Virus record (IMG/VR): IMGVR_UViG_2693429605_000015
Location: 1 to 15,800 of that record
From: a virus
Taxonomy: Duplodnaviria; Heunggongvirae; Uroviricota; Caudoviricetes
DNA length: 15,800 nucleotides
Strand: one strand, 5' to 3'
Part shown: piece by piece, positions 1-7,185 of the stretch
How the letters are laid out: each line of letters begins with the position of its first letter
How positions within the stretch are numbered: the first letter of the stretch is position 1
Made by a program: the position numbers and the translations under genes
Notes under the pieces: generated by a model
Seen by the model: the letters and a program-made list of their open reading frames with translations, nothing else
What the model was told of the DNA's origin: nothing
Database searches by the model: none

Positions 1-90
1 TCCAAACTCAATATCCAGTGCATCAAAAAGCCAAAGCGGCGTTTGCCAGCAGTCCTTGTCGTGTGCCGGCGTATTTGATTTGATAGTCAT
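1..90 (-). CDS. Phage Dam-like DNA N-6-adenine methyltransferase, N-terminal 30 codons only (gene continues beyond window start)
   Basis: Reverse-complement of 1..90 translates MTIKSNTPAHDKDCWQTPLWLFDALDIEFG; the WQTP..LFDALD motif is recalled as typical of the phage Dam methyltransferase N-terminus. ATG at 90..88 overlaps the ninB stop (ATGA arrangement). Fragment only. Confidence 0.45.
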   Translation of the reverse strand, partial: MTIKSNTPAHDKDCWQTPLWLFDALDIEFG

Positions 91-533
91 GCAGCCTTCC
101 CTTTTCGTTGTGACCATTCATACTCTCGCCGGGAGTCATCACTCCACCGCACGTTGCGCTCTGAGCCGAACCAGAACATGATTTCGATAAGCTCAGTCAT
201 GCTGGCCTTTCGCATTTTGCTGGTACGCACGCCAAGCATGACAACGCCACCGTCGATACCAGGAACACTTCGTTGCTCCAGTTTTTTGGTCTTAAGCCAC
301 AGGGCAGTGAACAGGTCTTTCCAGTCTTCCGGTGCCAGCCGTTGACCATGCCATAGCACCTGACGCGAAACATCGTTCAGCATCGGCCACATACGGTCAT
401 TCTGCGCTTTGCTGCGTTTGGGTTCTTTAAGGTGGACTTCGTGGGGTGACTTGTCGTCGATGGGAAGTGAGAGTATTGCGTCTATGGCGTTATTTCTGAT
501 TGCTTCGTTGCGAAGCATGTATATTTGCTTCAT
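87..533 (-). CDS. ninB: NinB recombination protein
   Basis: 148-aa ORF colinear with lambda NinB as recalled (DVSRQV.WHG, C-terminal ERNV/GVKWSD...EW). Location in the nin region downstream of the helicase gene. Confidence 0.8.
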   Translation of the reverse strand: MKQIYMLRNEAIRNNAIDAILSLPIDDKSPHEVHLKEPKRSKAQNDRMWPMLNDVSRQVLWHGQRLAPEDWKDLFTALWLKTKKLEQRSVPGIDGGVVMLGVRTSKMRKASMTELIEIMFWFGSERNVRWSDDSRREYEWSQRKGKAA

Positions 534-819
534 CGAAATTCTTCTCTTTAATTCCAGCGGATCTGATAGCTTTCATTACTGCAATTACCGTTTTGTCTCT
601 CCCATCCTCATAACCCATCGCATAAGCACCTTCTTCACCATCTTTCCAAAAGTCGTCATTCGATTCGGGCCAGTCGATATCCAGTTCAATAGCTGCTCGC
701 GATGCCTGCCATGCCTCCCATGCAATCTCGACCTTGATGTGCATAATCTTCATCACGTCACTTGAAACGTGATATTTGTTTTTAAACCATTCTTCAAACT
801 GCTTTCTTGATTCGTCCAT
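490..819 (-). CDS. Hypothetical nin-region phage protein (109 aa)
   Basis: ATG at 819 with GAGGG Shine-Dalgarno about 8 nt upstream; overlaps the ninB start by 44 nt, typical phage packing. No family recognised. Confidence 0.5.
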   Translation of the reverse strand: MDESRKQFEEWFKNKYHVSSDVMKIMHIKVEIAWEAWQASRAAIELDIDWPESNDDFWKDGEEGAYAMGYEDGRDKTVIAVMKAIRSAGIKEKNFDEANIHASQRSNQK

Positions 820-836
820 CGATACTTACCCTCAGT

Positions 837-1043
837 TCAACTCACAAAACGCCACGCCATTTTTGCTACGACAACAGGCATAACACCGATAATCACCCAG
901 ACAAATGCAGCGCCAAACAACGTATACCATGGGTCTTTACCGTCATTCACAAGACGAATGTAGCTATTCAGAACAATAAAAAACGTCAGAAGAATCCATC
1001 CAACGCCAACGCATTTGAATGCGACGAGCATAAACTCAGCCAC
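837..1043 (-). CDS. Small hydrophobic (2 predicted TM) protein, 68 aa, likely GTG start
   Basis: GTG at 1043 preceded by GGGGGAGAG; translation has two hydrophobic stretches (GWILLTFFIVL, AAFVWVIIGVMPVVV). Sits just downstream of the tR2-like terminator. Confidence 0.4.
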   Translation of the reverse strand: MAEFMLVAFKCVGVGWILLTFFIVLNSYIRLVNDGKDPWYTLFGAAFVWVIIGVMPVVVAKMAWRFVS

Positions 1044-1056
1044 GATTTACTCTCCC

Positions 1057-1090
1057 CCAAATAAAAAGGCCTGCGATTACCAGCAGGCCT
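1057..1090 (-). terminator. Rho-independent terminator after the helicase gene (tR2-like position)
   Basis: Perfect 8-bp inverted repeat AGGCCTGC (1067-1074) / GCAGGCCT (1083-1090) with 8-nt loop; on the minus strand it is followed by TTTTATTT (plus 1059-1066). Confidence 0.55.
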
Positions 1091-1118
1091 GTTATTAGCT
1101 CAGTGATGTAGATGGTCA

Positions 1119-2555
1119 TCAGAATCCTCCTTTCTTCTTGGACTGCGGTTCCTCGCGTTCACGGCGGCGCATTTCAGCAGACTGTTGGTCTGTGTCATAA
1201 ATAGCGCCATTTGCCTGAATGCAATACACCGTGCCGGTATTGCCATGACGATTGAGGCGAAGGATTAGTTCGGTTTCACCAGGAGGAACGCTGTCATCAA
1301 AAGCGCCTTCACGATGGATCCCCACCCAATAATCGCAATCCTGTTCAATCTGCCCTGTATCTCGTGAGTCACTTGGTAATGGGCGTTTATTGGTTCGGCT
1401 TTCCAGTGCGCGGTTAAGCTGTGTCAGAAGCACAACAACGCAATCAAGCTCTTTGGCAAGGTTCTTCAGTCCTTTGGTGATCATGCCGTAAGCAAGGTCG
1501 TTGCGATCGGCCTTCTCAGCGGTCATTAGTGTCAGGTAATCGACCAGAATCATGCCAACACATCCTTTTTCTCGCTTGATTCGACGGCTTTCGCTGACGA
1601 TTTGAGCCAGAGATAATCCCGGCGTGTCGTCGATGTAAAGCAGGTCGATTTCACTCAAGCGATTGGCTGTTTCGATCGCCCTGTTGAAGTCACCATCGTA
1701 ATCACCCTGATAGCCGTCATCAGCGTCATTTGTCGCCAGAAGGTAAAAAATATTGGGGTTAACACCTGACTTTTGCCCTACCAGTTTTTCCAGTATCTGG
1801 TCACCTGGCATTTCAAGGCTGAACATCAGAGCGGGCTTTTTCTCATGCACTGCGCAGTTGATTGCCATCTGGCTGTATAGCGTCGTTTTCCCCATCTTAG
1901 GGCGAGCGCCAATGACAAACAAAGAGCCTTTCACCAGACCTTTCGGTGACAGCATCCTGTCCAGCGATGGGATCCCTGTGCTCATTCCTCGTTGTTCGCC
2001 TGACGGGTCAAATCGCTTCTCAAGGTCGCTAACCCAGTCTTCCATGACCTCACCAAATGAGCGAAGGCCGCGACGCGATCCGGTTTTTGCATGGTCTGTC
2101 AGTTGCGTGAAAATCGCCTGAATAGCTTCGTACTTCTGCGTTGCAGTCATTCCGTTGCGGGAATAGAGCAATTCCGTCGCTTCAGTCATGCGGTTGATGG
2201 CGTAGCGTTCCATTGCGGTTTCACGAACCTGCATTGCATAGGCAACGATGTTTGCTGCGCTTGGCGTGTTCTTTGCGATCTCAGCGATATAAGCAAAACC
2301 GCCAACAGACTCCGTTAACGATTTACGCTCCAGTTCATCGAAAAGCGTCAGGCCATCTACTGGCTTTTGCTCCCGGTGCATTATGGTTATTTCTTCGAAA
2401 AGGATTTTGTGTGGCCGGCTGTAAAATGAATCAGGCTTCAGCATCGCCAGAACTTTCTGGACGCGCTCACTGCTGTCATCATCCAGAAGCAATCCACCAA
2501 TCACCGCCTGCTCTGCCTCGATGCTATGGGGCGGCGCATAAAAATTATCGGTCAT
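1119..2555 (-). CDS. Replicative DNA helicase, DnaB family (lambda P / P22 gene 12 position)
   Basis: N-terminal PHSIEAEQAVIGGLLLDD and Walker A GARPKMGKT, colinear with E. coli DnaB as recalled. Start placed at ATG 2555 (GAGGGTG SD upstream) rather than the GTG at 2570 used by the ORF track. Confidence 0.9.
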   Translation of the reverse strand: MTDNFYAPPHSIEAEQAVIGGLLLDDDSSERVQKVLAMLKPDSFYSRPHKILFEEITIMHREQKPVDGLTLFDELERKSLTESVGGFAYIAEIAKNTPSAANIVAYAMQVRETAMERYAINRMTEATELLYSRNGMTATQKYEAIQAIFTQLTDHAKTGSRRGLRSFGEVMEDWVSDLEKRFDPSGEQRGMSTGIPSLDRMLSPKGLVKGSLFVIGARPKMGKTTLYSQMAINCAVHEKKPALMFSLEMPGDQILEKLVGQKSGVNPNIFYLLATNDADDGYQGDYDGDFNRAIETANRLSEIDLLYIDDTPGLSLAQIVSESRRIKREKGCVGMILVDYLTLMTAEKADRNDLAYGMITKGLKNLAKELDCVVVLLTQLNRALESRTNKRPLPSDSRDTGQIEQDCDYWVGIHREGAFDDSVPPGETELILRLNRHGNTGTVYCIQANGAIYDTDQQSAEMRRREREEPQSKKKGGF

Positions 2556-3444
2556 CGTGTTCACCCTCACGAACTTTCAGGTAGGTATTATCGTTAAGCA
2601 GGAAATCAAATCCCTTTTTGTGCCAGACGGTTCCGCGTTGATGGTTTGGGCGCTCTTCGAACATCCATCGGCAATTTTCGCCTACGTAGCTCAAATAATT
2701 TCTCCAGTCCTGCATCGTGAACCCATGCCCGTCAAGCTGGCGGGTTATCACTCCGGCTTTGCGCCAGAACGTTCGGATCTGGTTTTTACGCTTGTCATTC
2801 AGTGCGCGGATTCTTGGCGCTTCAGGAAGGATTTCGTGGTAAGCATCGACAACATCCTGACAGCTAACGGAAGGTTTTTTCTTGTCAGACTTTTTGTCTG
2901 CTGCGGTACTCTCTAATACGTCAGTATTAGAGATAATATTATTATATTCTTTATCTGTGGTAATTTGCTGGTAATCTGCTGGTACAGTATTGCTTGCAGG
3001 CATTGGTATTGCTGGCTTTGAGGTGGTAATTTGCTGGTAATCTGCTGGTACAAAATTTGACTGATAATCGTCATATTTCTCTACCGAGAAAACTGAGAAT
3101 TTACCGTGTGAAACCCAGTCAATCATGCCGAGTTTTTTGAACTTTCTAAGCAGGTACTGAACGCGATCTGGTTTGAGTCCTGTTTCAAACGCCAGAGAGT
3201 TTCTACCGCCAAGTAGCTTCCCTCTGCCTACCAGAATTTCTCCTGCGTCAGTCATTACATACTCAGGCGTATGCTTTGCTTTGAGGATTAAGTGAACCCA
3301 CAGATGCGCAGCTTCTGCGTCCTTGTAAAACGGCACATCCATAATTTTACGGTGCAGCAAGGCATACCCCTTACCGCTGCTTTGATGCGGTTGTTGTAGC
3401 CTTCTGGCCTCTCTGGCTTCGGCTAGATTAGATATGTTACTCAT
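2545..3444 (-). CDS. Replication initiator, lambda O / P22 gene 18-like, with ori iterons inside the coding sequence
   Basis: 299-aa ORF between cII and the DnaB-like helicase; contains internal 30-bp direct repeats encoding the duplicated peptide [10 protein letters not shown]. Assignment is by synteny and the iteron-in-gene architecture, not by remembered identity. Confidence 0.7.
   Translation of the reverse strand: MSNISNLAEAREARRLQQPHQSSGKGYALLHRKIMDVPFYKDAEAAHLWVHLILKAKHTPEYVMTDAGEILVGRGKLLGGRNSLAFETGLKPDRVQYLLRKFKKLGMIDWVSHGKFSVFSVEKYDDYQSNFVPADYQQITTSKPAIPMPASNTVPADYQQITTDKEYNNIISNTDVLESTAADKKSDKKKPSVSCQDVVDAYHEILPEAPRIRALNDKRKNQIRTFWRKAGVITRQLDGHGFTMQDWRNYLSYVGENCRWMFEERPNHQRGTVWHKKGFDFLLNDNTYLKVREGEHDDR
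2957..3052. repeat. Candidate origin of replication: two identical 30-bp direct repeats with GCTGGTA sub-repeats, flanked by AT-rich DNA
   Basis: GTGGTAATTTGCTGGTAATCTGCTGGTACA occurs at 2957-2986 and 3023-3052; the motif TGCTGGTA recurs four times plus one TGCTGGC; AT-rich stretches at 2925-2955 and 3053-3110. Confidence 0.65.
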
Positions 3445-3583
3445 GACCTTTCTCCTTCTGCATCAGCTTCACTTTTTCCAACTCAGCCCGGAATCGACCA
3501 GGCTGCTTGAAGCTGGACAGGAAGCGATCACGTAGTATGTGTTTGTGAATTTTGTCCTGGTAAGGACTGAGTTGTTTTGTCAT
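3437..3583 (-). CDS. Small hypothetical protein (48 aa) between cII and the O-like gene
   Basis: Hand-translated: [51 protein letters not shown] at 3583 with AGGAG 5 nt upstream; stop overlaps the O-like start by 8 nt. Below the ORF-track length cutoff. Confidence 0.4.
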   Translation of the reverse strand: MTKQLSPYQDKIHKHILRDRFLSSFKQPGRFRAELEKVKLMQKEKGHE

Positions 3584-3617
3584 AATTACTCCTGTGGATT
3601 GATCCAGTCTTTCTACA

Positions 3618-3896
3618 TCAGGCCTCGAAGAATTTGCCGTTCTTCGGGGCTTTTTCTTTTGTCAGCATTCTGGCTACTTTCTTAGCCAGTTCCGCCAACT
3701 CCTCGTCTTCAACACCCCATTCAAGAACAGCCAGAAGCATTCCCATTTTTGGGATGAAGCTGTCTTTCCATCGCGAAATTTGCGATTCATTAATTCCTAA
3801 CGCGTCAGCAACCTTTCGCTGGCCACGTACAGCAATTCGATTCAGGATGTTGCTTGTAATTGCATTCGCTTTCTTGCGAGTACTTGTAAGTTGCAT
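3618..3896 (-). CDS. cII: CII transcriptional activator
   Basis: [26 protein letters not shown] matches lambda [29 protein letters not shown] as recalled; the translation-initiation region AAGGAAATACTTACATATG matches the lambda cII start region as recalled. Confidence 0.9.
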   Translation of the reverse strand: MQLTSTRKKANAITSNILNRIAVRGQRKVADALGINESQISRWKDSFIPKMGMLLAVLEWGVEDEELAELAKKVARMLTKEKAPKNGKFFEA

Positions 3897-3905
3897 ATGT
3901 AAGTA
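3850..3905 (+). promoter_or_regulatory. Candidate PRE (CII-activated promoter reading toward cI) with TTGC-N6-TTGC-type sites
   Basis: Perfect TTGCttgtaaTTGC at 3850-3863; a second, imperfect TTGCgagtacTTGT at 3874-3887 sits at the lambda-equivalent distance from a TAAGTA -10 candidate (3900-3905). Both lie in the antisense of the cII 5' end, as in lambda. Confidence 0.4.
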
Positions 3906-3911
3906 TTTCCT

Positions 3912-3947
3912 TAACTAATAAGAAGTTATGCGCATCAACTTATGCGC
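3912..3947 (-). terminator. tR1-like hairpin between nutR and cII
   Basis: GCGCAT (3930-3935) / ATGCGC (3942-3947), 6-bp stem with 6-nt loop; followed on the minus strand by the A/U-rich AUAACUUCUUAUUAG. Weak intrinsic terminator geometry at the position of lambda tR1. Confidence 0.4.
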
Positions 3948-3953
3948 GTTGTA

Positions 3954-3998
3954 TTCCCGCATTTCGGCGGGAATGAGGACCATGACTGTTAAAGAGCG
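3954..3998 (-). promoter_or_regulatory. nutR: boxA (CGCTCTTTAACA) plus boxB hairpin
   Basis: On the minus strand: CGCTCTTTAACA (plus 3987-3998), 13-nt spacer, then hairpin TTCCCGC-CGAAAT-GCGGGAA (plus 3954-3973). The boxB is identical to the one at 5651-5668 downstream of PL. Confidence 0.6.
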
Positions 3999-4004
3999 GT
4001 GTTA

Positions 4005-4199
4005 CTATTTGTTTTTCTTGTTGCTTGGGAAAGGACGAACTTCCTCTCCAATCACACTGCCATCAGGCTTTACCGTAACCATGATGTTACGGCCTGCCAG
4101 AATGGCCTTGCTGATAGCGCACTGGATTACACCAAAGTCACTGGCTGCTTTAGCCTGTCCATGGATTTTGGCGTAATCGGCAAGTGTCATTCGAATCAT
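4005..4199 (-). CDS. cro: Cro repressor
   Basis: [39 protein letters not shown]...[11 protein letters not shown] is colinear with lambda Cro as recalled. Start placed at ATG 4199 (GGAG 7 nt upstream) rather than the track's GTG at 4205. Confidence 0.85.
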   Translation of the reverse strand: MIRMTLADYAKIHGQAKAASDFGVIQCAISKAILAGRNIMVTVKPDGSVIGEEVRPFPSNKKNK

Positions 4200-4228
4200 A
4201 TGCACTCTCCGTTATTAACCATGAACAA

Positions 4229-4299
4229 AGAATACTACAGGTATTCAAAGCAATCAATACTCAGGGTATTTTTAGTTTAAGTACCTTAGCTATTAGAAT
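4229..4299. promoter_or_regulatory. OR operator cluster with divergent PR (toward cro) and PRM (toward cI)
   Basis: Three 15-bp sites of form AATAC-N5-GTATT: 4231-4245 and 4256-4270 (perfect half-sites) and 4280-4294 (AgTAC...cTATT), centres 24-25 bp apart. PR on minus: -35 TTGATT (plus 4252-4257), 17-bp spacer, -10 TATTCT (plus 4229-4234). PRM on plus: -10 TAGAAT 4294-4299, 7 nt before the cI ATG, implying a near-leaderless cI mRNA as in lambda. Confidence 0.65.
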
Positions 4300-4305
4300 T
4301 AAGCT

Positions 4306-5022
4306 ATGGAAAATAAAAAATCACTGACGACAGAACAGCTGGAAGACGCTAAGCGGCTTAAGGCTTTGTATGAGTCAAAAAAGAAAGAATTGGGAATAAC
4401 CCAATACTCAATCGCTGATGAACTGGGTATCACCCAAGGAGCGGTAGGGCATTATCTTAATGGCAGAAATGCGCTAAACGTTGAGGTTGCATCTGGTTTT
4501 GCACGATTGTTGCAAGTCTCAATTGCTGATTTTAGCCAGTCAATTGCTGCCAAGGTTGCAGAACAGGCAGAAAGCCTTAAGAGCGATGCCAACGTAAGGT
4601 ATGCAGGGGAATACAGAGCAGGAAAGAGGTATCCGGTGTTAAGCAGTATCCAGGCTGGCTCGTGGTGTGAAGCATGCGAACCATACACCATTAAAGACAT
4701 AGATGTTTGGCTTGAGTCTGACGCGCATATTCAAGGTAATGCGTTCTGGCTTAAAGTGGAAGGTGATTCAATGACGGCACCGGTTGGGTTAAGCATTCCA
4801 GAGGGAACATTCGTTCTTTTCGATACCGGAAGGGAGGCGATCAACGGCAGCTTGGTCATAGCAAAACTTTCTGACTCTAACGAAGCAACATTCAAGAAGC
4901 TGATAATCGACGGCGGAAATAAATACCTCAAGGGACTTAATCCTGCATGGCCTCTCGTGCCAATCAATGGAAACTGCAAGATTATAGGCGTTGCAATTGA
5001 GACAAAACTAAGGCTGGTTTGA
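4306..5022 (+). CDS. cI: CI repressor (HTH N-terminal domain, LexA/S24-type autocleavage C-terminal domain)
   Basis: LTTEQLEDAKRLKALYESKKKELGITQ colinear with lambda CI as recalled; candidate Ala-Gly cleavage site in IQAGSW; Ser and Lys motifs VEGDSMTAP and TFKKLI match lambda VEGNSMTAP / TFKKLI. Confidence 0.9.
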   Translation: MENKKSLTTEQLEDAKRLKALYESKKKELGITQYSIADELGITQGAVGHYLNGRNALNVEVASGFARLLQVSIADFSQSIAAKVAEQAESLKSDANVRYAGEYRAGKRYPVLSSIQAGSWCEACEPYTIKDIDVWLESDAHIQGNAFWLKVEGDSMTAPVGLSIPEGTFVLFDTGREAINGSLVIAKLSDSNEATFKKLIIDGGNKYLKGLNPAWPLVPINGNCKIIGVAIETKLRLV

Positions 5023-5039
5023 TCACGCAAGGGGCGATT

Positions 5040-5408
5040 ATGGTTGGAACCGCTATAGCAAGCTTTTTTGGGATGTTGGCAATCTCGACAATTTACGGCT
5101 TAGCGCATGCTTTTATTGCGAAATCTCTATCAGAAAAAATAAGCCAGGCTTGGGCGCATAGATCAGCTCGTTTCATGATTCTAGTGATCATAGCAATACA
5201 AGGGATATCTGCATTTATCCTCTATGGTTCAAGCTTATACCTGTTGTATCAAGGCGCGACATTTACGCCTTACACCAGTGATTACGGAACTCTATACGAT
5301 GGTAGTGAAGACATCTCTATGGCTTGGATTGTCTTTGGTTTATCTATGGCCGTGTCTGTTGTAGCAGATATCATTAAGGTAATTCTCGTCTTAACCTTCG
5401 CTGACTAA
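5040..5408 (+). CDS. Small integral membrane protein (about 3 TM) co-transcribed downstream of cI, in the rexA/rexB position
   Basis: ATG at 5040 with AAGGGG SD 5 nt upstream, 18 nt after the cI stop; three hydrophobic segments (VGTAIASFFGMLAISTIYGLAHAFIA; FMILVIIAIQGISAFILYG; MAWIVFGLSMAVSVVADIIKVILVL). No recognisable similarity to lambda RexB from memory. Confidence 0.6.
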   Translation: MVGTAIASFFGMLAISTIYGLAHAFIAKSLSEKISQAWAHRSARFMILVIIAIQGISAFILYGSSLYLLYQGATFTPYTSDYGTLYDGSEDISMAWIVFGLSMAVSVVADIIKVILVLTFAD

Positions 5409-5494
5409 CCTATAATCCCGGCAGCAATAGCTATCGGGATCCACTTCACATATCCCGCATAAAAAGCACTGAACAAGCAGACACCGAAAAAATA

Positions 5495-5581
5495 AATATC
5501 CTTTGTATTCATTTGCTTATCATTATTTCATCAAAAATAAATACCTTGGGTATTTACACAATAAAATACCTACAGTATTCT
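5495..5581 (+). promoter_or_regulatory. OL operators and PL promoter
   Basis: AATACCTTGGGTATT (5540-5554) and AATACCTACAGTATT (5565-5579) share the OR half-sites; a third, weaker AATATCCTTTGTATT at 5495-5509. PL: -35 TTTACA 5553-5558, 17-bp spacer, -10 TATTCT 5576-5581. Confidence 0.6.
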
Positions 5582-5627
5582 TTAGCCATCAGCAGGACGC
5601 TGGAAGCCAAACGGAACAGATTGGCAG

Positions 5628-5668
5628 GCTCTTTAACATTGATGGGATTGTCCCGCCGAAATGCGGGA
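5628..5668 (+). promoter_or_regulatory. nutL: boxA (GCTCTTTAACA) plus boxB hairpin
   Basis: GCTCTTTAACA at 5628-5638 (matches the rrn/lambdoid boxA consensus as recalled), 12-nt spacer, hairpin TCCCGC-CGAAAT-GCGGGA at 5651-5668, identical to the nutR boxB. Confidence 0.6.
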
Positions 5669-6112
5669 ACTGAGTTTAACCAAACAGGAGGTGCCGTAAT
5701 GGTGCACTAACGCGGTTAGACCGCAGCCGAAAGGAAATGCAGCAGTAATGATGCTGCCCTGAGTCGCCATTGAGCGAGCCTGCTTAGCATCGGGTTAGGG
5801 TCAATATATTAAAAGTAGCTCCGGTAAAGCAGCGCGAATGCCAGACGCGCACCGGTTATCAGCGGCGATGAAGCGGCAGAGACTCAAGGGCATGAGCGCG
5901 CTCACTGCGAGAGTGTGAGTCAAAGAGTAGTTGGCTTTGGGATTGGATGAATGAGCAGGCTGATGCTCGACCAATGTATAAACAGCGCTCATGGCAAGCA
6001 GTAACCAATCTGCGCCTCAAGACAGCGTCACTGGTAGTGCGGGCGCTCTAACCAGTAAGCCGGAATTCAGCACCGGCCATCCAATCACCAAAGTCAATCA
6101 TCGGAGGTCAAC

Positions 6113-6385
6113 ATGACAGTAGTCATTACATATCTGGCTGACGATAACGCCAGAAATCGCCGCAGAGCACGCAGACAGGCTCAACGTGAGCAGGCAATGC
6201 AAGAACAGCGACTGGCGCGAAAAATTGCGCTAAAGCTCTCTGGTTGCGTCAGAGCAGACAAAGCAGCATCACTCGGAAGCCTTCGCTGCAAGAAGGCAGA
6301 TGAATGCAGTGGAAGTATTTGCCTGCCAAACGTAGCCATTTACGCGGCAGGCTACCGGAAATCAAAACAACTGACGGCGAGGTAA
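6113..6385 (+). CDS. N: N-type transcription antiterminator (P22 gene 24-like)
   Basis: N-terminal arginine-rich motif NARNRRRARRQAQREQ; C-terminal VAIYAAGYRKSKQLTAR resembles the P22 gp24 C-terminus as recalled; GGAGG SD; sits downstream of PL/nutL. Confidence 0.75.
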   Translation: MTVVITYLADDNARNRRRARRQAQREQAMQEQRLARKIALKLSGCVRADKAASLGSLRCKKADECSGSICLPNVAIYAAGYRKSKQLTAR

Positions 6386-6387
6386 TT

Positions 6388-6780
6388 ATGGGTCAGGAAG
6401 AAAAATATGAGCTTAAAAAGCTCATTGAAGAAGACGCCATAGAAGAAATTGCAGCATTAACAACAGCTATAAATAATATTAGGTATGCGCTAAATACGCT
6501 TATCTCCTCATGCGACAAAAATAGCAGGGAATTTTTGATACTTGGCGCAGCTCTAGGAATAGTTGATGCGGCAACGCTTCACCTAATTACTCATGACGAT
6601 ATTCTTATTGAGCCGTATGAAACATTACTGCTTGTCAGGCAAAAAATGGCTGATGCCGCAGCAAATGGAGACCTTCAACTTTACATCGACTTAAGGAAAG
6701 TATTAAGGCGAATGGTCAGAACTGAAGGAGATATCCCACTGAGCGATGCTAAACAAGGCATACAAGCAAAGCTGGAATGA
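6388..6780 (+). CDS. Hypothetical early-left protein (130 aa)
   Basis: ATG at 6388 three nt after the N stop, with GAGG SD; acidic/helical composition; no family recognised. Confidence 0.55.
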   Translation: MGQEEKYELKKLIEEDAIEEIAALTTAINNIRYALNTLISSCDKNSREFLILGAALGIVDAATLHLITHDDILIEPYETLLLVRQKMADAAANGDLQLYIDLRKVLRRMVRTEGDIPLSDAKQGIQAKLE

Positions 6781-6840
6781 CCATTATCCTGATGAAGTAT
6801 CGAAAGCACAGTCAGCAATTAGCAAAGCTCTTGGGGAAGA

Positions 6841-7002
6841 ATGATGAATAAGAAATACATTGTTGAAGTTATAGAGCGAGAAACGAAAGAAGTAATCAAA
6901 CATTTCGAATTTGATAATTATAGAAAACCTGACCGCGTAGAAGAAGGATTGTTGCGACAAAGTAATCTCGAAAAATTTGATGTTGTCATGCGATGCGAAT
7001 AA
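6841..7002 (+). CDS. Small hypothetical protein (53 aa)
   Basis: Hand-translated MMNKKYIVEVIERETKEVIKHFEFDNYRKPDRVEEGLLRQSNLEKFDVVMRCE; GGGGAAG just upstream; followed by the hairpin at 7009-7032. Confidence 0.35.
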   Translation: MMNKKYIVEVIERETKEVIKHFEFDNYRKPDRVEEGLLRQSNLEKFDVVMRCE

Positions 7003-7095
7003 GCGCCTATAGCAGATTTACGAGTCTGCTATGTGAGCAATGTCGCTCGTAACTAAACAGGAGCCGACTTGTTCTGATTATTGGAAATCTTCTTT

Positions 7096-7120
7096 GCCCT
7101 CCAGTGTGAGGGCCTTTTTA
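7096..7120 (+). terminator. Rho-independent terminator (tL1-like, between the N module and cIII)
   Basis: GCCCTC (7096-7101) / GAGGGC (7108-7113), 6-bp stem with 6-nt loop, followed by CTTTTTA. Confidence 0.5.
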
Positions 7121-7185
7121 TATGCATACCAATAACGCTTCACTCGAGGCGTTTTCGTTATGCAATCAAACAGAAGGAGCATCCT

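Noticed and set aside
154-2916. Track ORFs on the plus strand overlapping ninB, the 109-aa ORF, the helicase and the O-like gene (154-345, 409-765, 807-1064, 1753-2121, 2091-2318, 2213-2584, 2557-2916)
   Set aside because: Antisense to well-supported genes, no SDs, low-complexity or biased composition typical of shadow ORFs.
2957-3052. Direct repeats that could be taken for a short CRISPR array
   Set aside because: Only two copies, located inside a coding sequence and translated as a duplicated peptide, with sub-repeat structure typical of replication iterons; no cas genes or leader.
3634-5030. Antisense track ORFs in the immunity region (3634-3918, 3928-4176, 3999-4280, 4452-4700, 4731-5030)
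   Set aside because: Each overlaps cII, cro or cI on the opposite strand or spans operator/promoter DNA; the homology-supported genes explain the region.
5513-5992. ORFs 5513-5710 (+) and 5801-5992 (-) in the PL/N leader
   Set aside because: The first overlaps the OL operators, PL and nutL; the second is antisense in the N leader with no SD and non-protein-like composition.
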